Shown here: positions 51,786 to 62,325 of the stretch, in pieces | How positions within the stretch are numbered: position 1 is the first letter of the stretch | Layout: every line of letters starts with the position of its first letter | Assembly: GCA_964658305.1 (NCBI GenBank) | Contig: OZ210885.1 | Span: 8,308,001-8,372,000 of the forward strand | Direction: 5' to 3' | Length of the DNA stretch: 64,000 nt | Source: Leptogorgia sarmentosa | Taxonomy: Eukaryota | The notes under the pieces: generated by a model | The model's input: only the letters and a program-made list of their open reading frames with translations | Databases searched by the model: none | What the model was told of the DNA's origin: nothing | Program-made: the position numbers and the translations under genes

Positions 51786-54765
51786 TCATACCCTTTTACG
51801 TCCAGATTTTGTGACTGACATCATAGATCGACCAGATTTCTTTGCAACAGGCTCATTGTTTGCCACATTATGAGCAAAACTGTGCAACCTTTTACCTGTC
51901 TGCTGTGCTTGACTTGGAATAACACTTCTAAACACTTGGAAATTGCTTTTGCTTTGCCTTTGCCTGGATCCATTTTTTGTTTTTCTTCTCCTAACTGCCT
52001 CTGGCTGGACTTTGATTTTGTTTTGCTTAGCCTGTCTGGTTGCTTTTGATACCTTCGGTGCAGACCTGGTGCTATCACTATTGAAACAATGAAGAGCACT
52101 GGCTAGGCGTTGGTCTGACATGCTGCAGACACGTTCGGAAAATTTTAGTACAGCAGAAACAAAGTTTGGACCAGTTTCTAACTTTTCTTTGATGATGTTG
52201 AATGTTTCATCTAAGGCTTTCTCGGCTTCATACTTTTCAGTTGTGCATGATTCTGAATTGGTAGATTGATGTAATTCACCATTCTCCATTTCATTTACTT
52301 GGGTAGTAGGACTGATTGTTTCATCCCACAAGGTGCTTGCTGGTTCTGGGTTTCTCTGATCAGCTACAGGATGCATGTTCGGTATCCTGTCTCTAATGCC
52401 TTCATATAGCCCATCTGGACCAGCCACACCAACAGCAAGCTTTGCAAATTGTTGTCTCTCTTTTCCATTGAATATAGGAAGAAAATTTCTAGACATGGTA
52501 GACAAATTCTTCAGCCAAAGTAAGTACTGGTGTTTGCAAGGTGCGCCATTACTTCCTATTGGACACTCACATTGAGACAAGTTCATATCTACCAAGTATT
52601 CAACATTGGCACAGGTGAAACTTGGTACTTTAAAAACTTCATTTCCAACAGATACCACATTCTTTAATATGTCATCAAGGACATGTGATGGTGGTAAATT
52701 CTTCATCAGTCCCTTAAATCTTGCACTGTAAACACCATCAAATGAACCATCAGCAATGGAAAGCAGCTTTGTCATATAATGTTCTTCCAAATTGATTGTT
52801 AATTTGTCTACAAGTCCAACAACATTGTATTCCCTTACTCGATTGAGAAGTTCATCTTTGATGACAAGGAACTGCGCTTCAACATAATTGTTGGTGTTGT
52901 TACCTCTTACAGGAAGGCCAGTACGATAGGCTAAAGCCCATGATTCCTTAAATTCAAGCACATCGCCAAGGTACTTGGCAGCATTGGGGTACTTCTCAAG
53001 GAGACTATGTTCTAACAGATCATCAGTCCTTTCTGAAATGTCTTCAGTTTCTGCATAAATGATGGACTTCATCAGTGATAAAATTTCTTGACGATGATCT
53101 GCATGTATGCCATTTTTCTTCTCGTAAAGCCACCTCCATACCTGTTGCATGAGGTGAAAAATGCACAAAAGTAGTCGACTCTCAGGCCACACTATCTTTA
53201 GTGCATCTCTCAACTCGGAGCAGTTGTCAGTCATTATAACCATGGGCCCAAGGCTTTGGCGACAAAAGAATGCATTTTCACCCATACAGTTCTTCAAAAG
53301 TGTGAAACCTTGTACAAGAGTTGCTGTTCTTTCATCACTAACAATCAGGATTCCAAGTGGCAGAGCACCAGCAACAGAATGAGTGCAAACTATAAACACA
53401 CGCAAATTCAGCTCTTCCATGTTTGAAGACGAGTCAATAAAGGCAAGCTCAGATGATTGCTTCATCTACATAATAATAAAACCATAAAGTTACTTTTGCC
53501 TGTCTTTAAGTATTTCACTAATTAGACAGTACTTACCTTCATTATACAGTACATCTCATGATTAATAAAAGAGTTGTGAAATTACATGAATAGGCAGCAA
53601 AGTTCTTTTCACTGACTAAACTATGCATGTCAAACAGATTTGACATTTCACATGAAGCCTCCACTCAAATATTAGTTTAGTTGATGAAATAATGTTTGTG
53701 GTGTAAGTTAGAGTGTTGTTACTAAGCCTAATATTTATATCCCATCATTGCTAGACATTCCTACAAAAACCAAATTACTCACCATTAAGTGTACCCTTTT
53801 CATTAAAGGAGTAACAATTGCAAGAATGAATGGAGTATATTTTTCTTTATCATAGTCTTGTTTTTTAATCGACATTTCTGGGTATAACACCTTCAAGCTT
53901 GAAAGTCGTTCATCTAGGGCAGCCAGCATAGCTTCTCCATTTTTTGCTCCGAAATGTATTTTACAAAATTCAGTGTAGAGGTTGTAAAAATCTCCTCTTC
54001 TTGGACACTTAGATCGATCACCTACAGGTAGGTAACAAATAATGAGTCAAGCTGTGTGTCATGCTAAACACAGAGTTTTAGGGAATTACAATTTTCACCC
54101 TCCAGTTTACCTTTCTTCAAATGGAATTCCAAGTCATCCTTGCAAGCATTCCTTAAGTCACTCATGTACTCTCTGTATGCTAAAGCTGGAGTGAGGCCTC
54201 TTTCATAAAAGGAATTTATTTCATCGATCACACTGGGGGGGATATCTTTGAAATTCCAGGCTTGTAATGAGTTCACTGGATGGTTATGATTCCATTCCAG
54301 CATAACTGAAAAAGGATGAGCAACATCACTTTTAATTTTCTTCACTGTCAACTTGAATGGGCAGCATGTGTTCTTGAACCTCTTTGCTGGTTTTTCACTC
54401 AATACACGGACTGAGTCTTCTGTTCCTTTATATCGAGTATTATGGTGACACCGGAATGTCTTGTTGAGTTCATAGCCACTTTTGGCTGTAAGTCTTTTAG
54501 ATATGGCAAGCTTTAATGTCTCATTGGTTTTGTTGTTGTATGCTTCTATGAATTTGTCTAAATTATCTTCAGGAATTGCACAGTAAAAGGTAGACTTGAA
54601 TTTACCGAGAGTCCCTTGTACTGTCAGAGACTTGATATCTTGTTGTTGAAGAGGTAGCAATTCTAGAACATATGCTTTTAATTCTTCTGTATTTGAGAGT
54701 CCAGGATATAACACACTGTCCTCTATTTCTTTGGCTGCAGATGCAAAGGCTTCGTCAATATCCAT
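51786..54765 (-). CDS. MULE-family DDE transposase with SWIM finger (~857 aa); exons 54765-54111, 54021-53783, 53465-51786
   Basis: Phase-consistent GT-AG introns, no stops; FIDSS (D1), IMTDN (D2), LCIFH (CxxH), NTNNYVEAQF (E), SWIM CECPIG..PCKH, N-terminal CHH..CPF..NHNH finger. Confidence 0.9.
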
Positions 54766-55301
54766 CTATACAACAGGGTATGTTAAATGTTATATCAATA
54801 TATGCATTAGAATGTGATAGTTTAAGATTTAGTACTTTATATTTTAAAATTTGGAGAAAAAACAGATAAGGGAAACAGTCAAACAGATAAGTTTAATATT
54901 TTTGCTTCCAAAAATCCAACACTTTTGAACTAATAGTAAACAGCATAGTGAGCATACTACAATTATACAGTATAAAAAACTGCTCACCTTGTATTAAACC
55001 ATAGTTCAGGCAAGCTTGCTGAAAACTGAGTCTCGGTTGTCTCTTTAGTGTAAAAAAATGACATGCGTGAACTTACCCAACAATGGAAACAACCCACAGT
55101 TTTTGCCGCCCGCACATAGCCCGCATAAATGTGAGCGGGCTGGGAGGTTTGGTCGCTTCGGATGCTTTCGATTGCTTGGGATGCTTTCGATTGCTTGGGA
55201 TGCTTTCGATTGCTTGGGATGCTTTCGATTTCTTGGGATGCTTTCGATTGCTTGGGATGCTTTCGATTGCTTACGGAAAAAAAATTTGCTGCGGCGACCC
55301 C

Positions 55302-55602
55302 TAGATTCATCGAAGCCTACAACACGTTGTTTTCCGGTACGGGAAAAATGTATTACAACGCAGGCAACGATATTTCGCGCCAGGAATACCCAAATGGCTA
55401 CACCCTATACGCCTTCGATTTGACGCCAGACATGTGTGGATCCTCAGCTCATTTTAATGTCGTGCAAAAAGGAAATCTTGCCATTGAGATCCAGTTCGGC
55501 AACGCACCCGCAAATGCCGTAAGCGTGGTATGTTACGGAGAATTTGAAAATACCATACACATCGACTCGGAGAGAAACGTGATCTACGATTACTCAGGAT
55601 GA
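55302..55602 (+). pseudogene. C-terminal ~100 aa of Polinton major capsid protein, truncated by the MULE
   Basis: FIEAYNTLFSGTGK..GNDISRQEYPNGYTLYAFDLTPD..GNLAIEIQF..VVCYGEFENTIHID is typical of Polinton MCP C-termini; the ORF-track N-terminus is TIR read-through. Confidence 0.85.
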
Positions 55603-56102
55603 ACACTTTTGAAATAAAACACGCTTTAGAACAAGATCCTATTGCGCGCAAAATGTTTTGCGGAGTATTTCCTAGCAATAAAATACCGCAAACGCTGGAA
55701 AAATATCCTTGTGGATTCGTTGCCAACACGGACCCGAGCAGTAAACCCGGAACGCATTGGGTAGCCTTTTACTTTCCATCAGAGGGGGAAGGAGAATTTT
55801 TTGACAGCTATGGCCATTCACCCGATTATTACATAGAATTTAAAAACTTTTTAAAAAAACATTCTCACGAATGGAACTATAACAAGCGCAAGTTACAGGG
55901 AAACTGGTCCGATGTTTGTGGACAATATAGTATATTTTATCTTAGTCATAGAGCACGAGGTGTTAGCATGAAAAAAATCGTGCAGATGTTTAGTAATGAT
56001 TCCGAATTAAATGATAAAAAAGTGTTTCGTTTTGTTCAAGCTCACTTTACATTTAAACAGCCAACTAGTGGCCTTAATCAATGTTGTAAAAGATTGTTGT
56101 AA
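55599..56102 (+). CDS. Adenain-like cysteine protease (capsid maturation)
   Basis: NTDPSSKPGTHWVA (His), FFDSYG (Asp), LQGNWSDVCGQY (Gln/Cys); ATGA overlap with the MCP stop. Confidence 0.92.
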   Translation: MNTFEIKHALEQDPIARKMFCGVFPSNKIPQTLEKYPCGFVANTDPSSKPGTHWVAFYFPSEGEGEFFDSYGHSPDYYIEFKNFLKKHSHEWNYNKRKLQGNWSDVCGQYSIFYLSHRARGVSMKKIVQMFSNDSELNDKKVFRFVQAHFTFKQPTSGLNQCCKRLL

Positions 56103-56219
56103 ACTTATTGCATTAATAAAATTATTTGTAAGAAAAACATTGTGTGGGGGTTTATCAAACAAAAAACGGCAACAACAATTAATTTCAAATCATTTATTCA
56201 TATAACAAAATAACAAAAA

Positions 56220-57035
56220 TTAATAGTTTATCCACTGTTCTTGTACGCGTCTTTCTTCTCTTGGTTGAAATGAGCTTGTGGACGGCGGACTGCCAAAGCC
56301 CCCAGTTCGTGGACTGCCAAAGCCCCCAGTTCGTGGACTGCCGAAACCTCCAGTTCGTGGACTGCCAAAGCCTCCAGTTCGTGAGGGTCTGCCGAAACCT
56401 CCCGATCGCCGCGTTTGGGTCGAATTCGTTTCGCCCACTTGTTTCCATCGGTCGTCATTTCTAACGAGATCTTTGGGCACATTTAACTTGGATAATGCTT
56501 GAAAGAATACTCTCGAACCCACTGGATCAAAATTTTTTCTTGATCTCATGGCATCGCTAACCAAATCCGTTATGTTAGAATTTGTAATAGTCTCCCCTTC
56601 AATGTTCACTTGCCCTGTATCGTCCCACGTAATCACATCAGGTCTCGCTTTTAATCGATTTAATAGACGCATGGCCCTCGTACGATGCGTCTTCGGCAAA
56701 TTTGCCACAATGTCATCTTCAGATGATTGAGGTAATTGGGCTTCGAGTGGCTCCAGGGGTGTTGCTTCATTTCCTTCCTGTATATTAGGAGCAAATCGAA
56801 CCGTCGGTACTTGGCTGTTTTTCTGTTGCCGCAATTCCAAAAAGCGTTGCATGTCCATATTGTATAGTTTCTGCTTCTCGTCGTCGCCCAAATCCGAACG
56901 TTCAAGAATGTCCGACATACGTTTATCGCTTTGCAAAAGATTCGAAATAATCGGAGAGGTTTCCAATTTTTGCTTTCGTTCAAATTTATCCAACATTTCC
57001 TCGGGCACCAGTGCCATCCGTCTTGCATTTTTCAT
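56220..57035 (-). CDS. Conserved Polinton hypothetical protein with C-terminal RTGGFGSP repeats
   Basis: Intact 271-aa ORF with motifs seen in Maverick ORFs (MSDIL..DDEKQKLY, ITWDDTGQV..NSNITDLV, LNVPKDLVRN); TAATG junction with the upstream ORF. Confidence 0.8.
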   Translation of the reverse strand: MKNARRMALVPEEMLDKFERKQKLETSPIISNLLQSDKRMSDILERSDLGDDEKQKLYNMDMQRFLELRQQKNSQVPTVRFAPNIQEGNEATPLEPLEAQLPQSSEDDIVANLPKTHRTRAMRLLNRLKARPDVITWDDTGQVNIEGETITNSNITDLVSDAMRSRKNFDPVGSRVFFQALSKLNVPKDLVRNDDRWKQVGETNSTQTRRSGGFGRPSRTGGFGSPRTGGFGSPRTGGFGSPRTGGFGSPPSTSSFQPREERRVQEQWINY

Positions 57036-57361
57036 TATACCAACAAATTCCCTAGTGCGTTTAAAACAGGTGGTAAAACCGATGTTAATAAACCTCCTCC
57101 GTTCTGACTTAAATAACGCTTCTTTTGCTTTCTGGATACTTTTTTATCAGCTAAAGCACGGAGATGTTTCTTATAACGCGATAACGCCCGTTTCTGACGC
57201 GGTGTCAAAGGGATGACCCCTTTAAGCATGTTTAGCGAACATTCGCAAATAGCCAAAATTACTTCAGCGGGGGCATGTTCAATAACTGCCTGGCGCAGTT
57301 TTGGTTTACACACTGCCAAAATTTGCAAGTAGGGAAGACTTCTTCTCATTCGCTTCGACAT
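57035..57361 (-). CDS. Small basic Polinton protein (PW-like, putative core protein)
   Basis: 108 aa, K/R-rich; AICECSLNMLKGVIPL and C-terminal QNGGGLLTSVLPPVLNAL. Confidence 0.85.
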   Translation of the reverse strand: MSKRMRRSLPYLQILAVCKPKLRQAVIEHAPAEVILAICECSLNMLKGVIPLTPRQKRALSRYKKHLRALADKKVSRKQKKRYLSQNGGGLLTSVLPPVLNALGNLLV

Positions 57362-57396
57362 CCTGATAATGACTAAGTTTGATAACGTACCTTGTT

Positions 57397-58032
57397 CTAA
57401 ATACGCTTTACGTAAACGAATTGTTGTTCCCCGGGTAAAATGTTGGTTCTCAAACGCATACTTTCGGGAGTTAATTGATGACAGTCAATGAGCAAATAGC
57501 CGTAGGGTTTACTCGTTGCGTCACGAAATGCTTCCAAAAGATAATCGGCGTGTTTGGGGAACATTTGCCTTGCTAATGTGGTAATGCCCAACAAATCGCG
57601 AGGGTTTCGAAATATCACCATGTAGTGGGAATTCAAACTGATGGTGCGGGATAATTTGCCAGGTGGAAATAAGTTTTGTGTCAAATACAACACAGATATT
57701 CCACGATGATGCGAACCGCGCGTAAACAAGTCCGCAACGCGAGAGTCGTTAGAACACTGAGACATCAAATCGTCCAGTACGAGTAAAGAGTTGTCGTGAC
57801 CTTTTGTTAGTTCGCCAATGTCGTTTGGAAAACCTTCTACCAACTCAACATTAGGAAAAAGTTGGTCAAATTCCTTTTGATACTCTCCATAGCAGTATAT
57901 TACTTTTGTAGGTGCAGGGTCAAACAATTCCCCCACGTGGCGTAACAAACAGCGTGTTAAGTACGATTTTCCACTTTGACTTTGACCGCAAATATAAAAG
58001 TTAGCAGGCGTCTTAAATCGTACGTCCATCAT
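57397..58032 (-). CDS. A32/FtsK-like DNA packaging ATPase
   Basis: Walker A GQSQSGKS, Walker B LLVLDDLM, FTRGSHH, YLTQNLF, ISLNSHY; likely ATG at 58032. Confidence 0.93.
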   Translation of the reverse strand: MMDVRFKTPANFYICGQSQSGKSYLTRCLLRHVGELFDPAPTKVIYCYGEYQKEFDQLFPNVELVEGFPNDIGELTKGHDNSLLVLDDLMSQCSNDSRVADLFTRGSHHRGISVLYLTQNLFPPGKLSRTISLNSHYMVIFRNPRDLLGITTLARQMFPKHADYLLEAFRDATSKPYGYLLIDCHQLTPESMRLRTNILPGEQQFVYVKRI

Positions 58033-58128
58033 TGCAAATAATAAAATGAATCTAAATTCACACACACGTACACTCTTATAACACTTTATTGAAAAAATTT
58101 ACATGGAATTTTATCTATTTAATTAAAA

Positions 58129-61100
58129 CCCAGTAAGCACACCGACGTCGATTCAACGTCGAATCGACGTTACTACTGACGTCGAAACGACGTCGAAAAA
58201 CAGGTCGAAAACGCAAATCGAATCGACGTTACATTTTCGACGTCGATTCAACGTTAACTTTTCGACGTCGATTCAACGTTGAACTTTCGACGTCGATTCA
58301 ACGTTGACTTTTCGACGACGATTCAACGTTGACTTTTCGACGTCGATACGACGTTGAAAAACAGGTCGAAAACGCAAATTGAATCGACGTTAGACTTTCG
58401 ACGTCGATTCAACGTTGACTTTTCGACGTCGATTCAACGTTGAACTTTCGACGTCGATTCAACGTTGACTTTTCGACGTCGATACGACGTTGAAAAACAG
58501 GTCGAAAACGCAAATTGAATCGACGTTAGACTTTCGACGTCGATTCAACGTTGACTTTTCCACGTCGATAGTACGTTGGAAAATACGACGAAGTTGCAAA
58601 TTGATTAAAATTAATAAATTTTCTGTTGCAATTTGTTTTGATGATATATTTATTTTCGAACTCAGTCAGTATCTTACATATTACATATTATATACTTTAA
58701 TACACTTGATTATTTACAAACACCGAAGTGTAATTAAGCGATTCCAATTTGGACCTATATTATACTATCTGCACTAATTTATTATCAACTAGCTATACGT
58801 TAATTAATTTGTTACCACGATATTATTATAAAGAACATCTTACAAGTTTGGTAAAATTACCAAGATTGGTTGTGAAATGTAGAATCCTGGCAAATTTTGT
58901 ATTATTCTGCAGCTACAGTTATCAATCTTGTGCATGGACTATATGTTTATCATAAAAAATGTCCCATGATGATCGATTATAGATAGACTTTCTACTTCCC
59001 CCTTTCCTGTCCGGAGCATACTTTAAAATCTGTCCCATTGCTTTATAAACATCACTTTCGGTGCTCTAATAAGTGAAAAATATCAATGAATTAAGCCTGT
59101 CTCTCTAATGTAGCTACAGTATATCCCTATACATAACTAAGCAGTTATCTTTTTGATGGCTTTGTTAATCGATTTATTGAAAGCAAGTAATTCTCAATTT
59201 TCATCTTCAACACAATATGTGTGCCAGCCAGTATGGAATTAGCATAGCAATGGCATTGTAGTTCAGGTTAATAGTCTCGATCTACTGTAGCCAGTTTAAG
59301 TCAACAAATTTTGAAAGGATATCAAAAAAATCAGTTTGCTTAATTGCTTTTGCCAAACCTGATGAGTTATGTCCCTACTAACTAGTTATTATCTGCTTAA
59401 AGCCCCCCCCCCCCCCTCCCCCTTAAAAAATTCGCTTCCACTGCCTCTTTGTATGCTCAGTCTGTATAATTGGTTGTCCGAAATTCTATTTGAAAGAATT
59501 GAAAACCAGCCTAAATCAATTACAAAAAAATTCCTACGTAGAAATACTCGCTTTTTAGTATATCACTGATGAAACCAGGCTGACAAAGTCTAACTAAACT
59601 ACTAGATTGATTTGGATTGTAAAATGTAACTCTACTAATCAAATACACAAACGTTACACATCATTGTCGAGGCAAGAGCTAGGAATCGACTTTTCTGTAG
59701 CATAGTAACAATATATGATACAGAATTGACCTTTATGTAGAAGCGATTAATTTTGTGAATTATAGTGCTGATCACTAGTGTTCCAGTTCAGTTTATTGAA
59801 CCAGCACTTTTGAAGCACGATCGAGCACTTCGAACTTCGAAGCGCATCGCAGTGCACACTGATTGAACGAAATATAAGCGATATATCACAAAATAAAAAT
59901 AAACAAGTTGCATATTATACTAACCTTTTCTGTAGTCTTGAATTAAATCAACTAAATGAACGGGAAATTATCCCCAAAAGACAAGAACAACGACAAGCAA
60001 TGAAATCCTTTGTGTGAAATTTTGAATACACGCGGTTTGTGAGCGTCTATGACAACACTTCCCATGATCCTCAGTCTCGTGTCATCGCCGATTGTATGCC
60101 GAGCCGAACGGCCCGAACCGAGTTTGGGCCGAATGCGCGACACCTTATTCGTATTTCGCCAAAGTCCAAACACGCGTGCAATTTTTCATTAATACTTCTC
60201 GAGCCGAGTAATTTCCTATACAAATACCCTACCCAAAAGTTCAAAATTATTTAAAAACTATCAATGTCTTAATAAATACGATCAATCACATGTTGAAAAA
60301 GGTTGAAATAGCAAACGTAGTCGTCGGTACGAACTTTGCCCAAAAGATCAGTTTATAAAGTGTTGATATGCAATTGTATGTTGGGGTATAAAAATATGCT
60401 GATCCATATTTAACGTCAGCTATAGGGCCCAAAACGTAAATATATATATTTTTAATTAGTTGTTTTAATGTTCAGGTCAGGTTAAAGACGTCGATTGAAC
60501 GTCGAAACGAGGTCAATTTGTCGACGTCGATATTAAGTCAGGATAACGACGTCGATTGAACGTCGAAACGAGGTCAATTTTTCGACGTCGATATTAAGTC
60601 AGGATAACGACTTCGATTGAACGTCGAAACGAGGTCAATTTGTCGACGTCGATATTAAGTCAGGATAACGACGTCGATTGAACGTCGAAACGAGGACAAT
60701 TTTTCGACGTCGATATTAAGTCAGGATAACGACGTCGATTGAACGTCGAAACGAGGACAATTTTTCGACGTCGATATTAAGTCAGGATAACGACGTCGAT
60801 TGAACGTCGAAACGAGGTCAATTTTTCGACGTCGATATTAAGTCAGGATAACGACGTCGATTGAACGTCGAAACGAGGTCAATTTTTCGACGTCGATATG
60901 AGGTCAGGTTAACGACGTCGATTGAACGTCGAAACGAGGTCAGTTTGTCGACGTCGATATGAGGTCAGATTAACGACGTCGATTTAACGTCGAAACGAGG
61001 TCAGTTTGTCGACGTCGATATCAAGTCAGGTTAACGACGTCGATTCAACGTCGAAACGAGGTCAGTTTGTCGACGTCGATATCAAGTCAGGTTAACGACG

Positions 61101-61250
61101 TCGATTCAACGTCGAAACGAGGTCAATTTGTCGACGTCGATATGAGGTCAGGTTATCGACGTCGATTCAACGTCGATATATAGTCGATCGACGTCCCGAC
61201 CAAATATCAACCTAAATTCGACGTCGAAACGACGTCGTGTGTTTGCTGGG
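58129..61250. mobile_element. Non-autonomous CACTA/EnSpm-like element with large CpG-rich subterminal tandem arrays
   Basis: TIR cccagtaagcacaccgacgtcg / cgacgtcgtgtgtttgctggg; AA(A) on both flanks; arrays 58141-58580 (~26-bp units) and 60485-61240 (~61-bp units) built on tcgacgtcga. Superfamily is inferred. Confidence 0.8.
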
Positions 61251-61596
61251 AAATACGTCCAATAAAGGATCTCAGTCTGGAAAACAAATCATCCTCAATC
61301 GTGTAAGCCGAAAAGTCAAAACTCTTCATAGGTGGGACCACTAAACGAACAGCTTCTCGTGTCACCTCCTCGGATGCGTTCATCAAATAAATTAAGGACA
61401 AGTAAGCCATAGCACGACCAAAATTAACGACTTTTATCTGATAAAAAACCTCCGAAATATTCTCACGATTTACTTGCCGCACCATGTTCCCATATGCCCC
61501 TTCGTGTTGTTCAATCAAATATTTGATATAATATGATAAGGTTTTTATGTCAATTTCTACATTGTTGTTCTGCAGTTCGTCTAAAATTAAATCCAT
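61251..61596 (-). CDS. Bcl-2/Mcl-1-like protein; last few codons displaced by the inserted element
   Basis: LIEQHEGAYGNMVRQV and VVNFGRAMAYLSLIY align by eye with Mcl-1 VQRNHETAFQGMLRKL and VTNWGRIVTLISF (BH1). Confidence 0.65.
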
Positions 61597-61768
61597 CTTT
61601 CCCAAGGACAAAATCAAATGAGCATGATATCGTGAAGCATTTCAAATATATATTTAAAACCATTTGCAAATACGTTTTACTATGTACTTAGAACATTACA
61701 AAATCAGCTGTACTCTATGCATTTAAACGGTTCCAAATCAACTAGCTATATAATGTTCTATAAATGTT

Positions 61769-62275
61769 TCAATTTTGACAAGGGTTGTAGAACGACGGTA
61801 TAAAAGGTTCTTCAACGCTATGCGGTTTCAACGATTCTTCAGGTATCCATTCAAAATAACCACACGATGTTTCATTGGAACAGCGAAAGAACCTTCGCCC
61901 TGTGTTAGGACCTAGCTTTTTCACTTTTCTCATGGCGCACGGCTGTCCGTGATAACAATTCGGCTTCTCAACATGGTTCTCGTCAGCCCATATCCATAGG
62001 GAGCACGGATCTTCGCGCATTGCGCATGTAAAATACGGTCTGCCAAAGCTCTCTTTCAACATGTCCTTAACCACGCGAAACTTTGCAGGTTTTCGATGAA
62101 TCTCGCATATAGGCTGTTCCAAATTAGTGCTTCTTCACGTTGCGATGGCTTTTTGAAATAAAAAGCCCTCGTCCTCAACACAGATAAAACCACAGCCAGG
62201 GTTTTGTCCACAAAACCAAAAGGATCCTTTCTTTGTAGTTGAACGTGATGCTGGTTTTCCATGTAGACACTCCAT
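61769..62275 (-). pseudogene. Triple GRF-type zinc-finger protein with one in-frame TGA (62137-62135)
   Basis: MECLHGKP..GSFWFCGQNPGCGF..AT*RSTNLEQPICEIH..FGRPYFTC..CSLWIW..CYHGQPC..PNTGRRFFRC..CGYFEW. Confidence 0.8.
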
Positions 62276-62318
62276 CTCTATAGCGTATGGCGTATGAGAA
62301 TGAACAGCGTATCACTTC

Positions 62319-62325
62319 TTTTATA
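62319..62325 (-). promoter_or_regulatory. Putative TATA box of the GRF gene
   Basis: TATAAAA on the minus strand about 45-50 nt upstream of the ATG at 62275. Confidence 0.4.

Larger units (their letters stand above)
50021..55301. mobile_element. Mutator-like element (MULE), ~5.3 kb, ~200-bp TIRs containing 19-bp tandem repeats, two convergent genes
   Basis: 50021-50211 is the reverse complement of 55090-55298; unit aagcaatcgaaagcatccc x5 (left) and x6 (right), with the same variant third from the outside; no TSD found. Confidence 0.9.

Noticed and set aside
54988..55064. Extra upstream coding exon of the MULE transposase (MSFFYTKE...)
   Set aside because: It has a good GT donor but its phase does not join the 54765 frame; more likely 5' UTR or an upstream ORF.
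58141..61240. CRISPR-like array
   Set aside because: Units are contiguous tandem repeats with no unique spacers, there are no cas genes, and the arrays sit inside transposon TIRs.
62135..62137. Selenocysteine or programmed read-through at the in-frame TGA
   Set aside because: The codon is in a linker rather than at a Cys ligand position and no SECIS is evident; a nonsense mutation is simpler.
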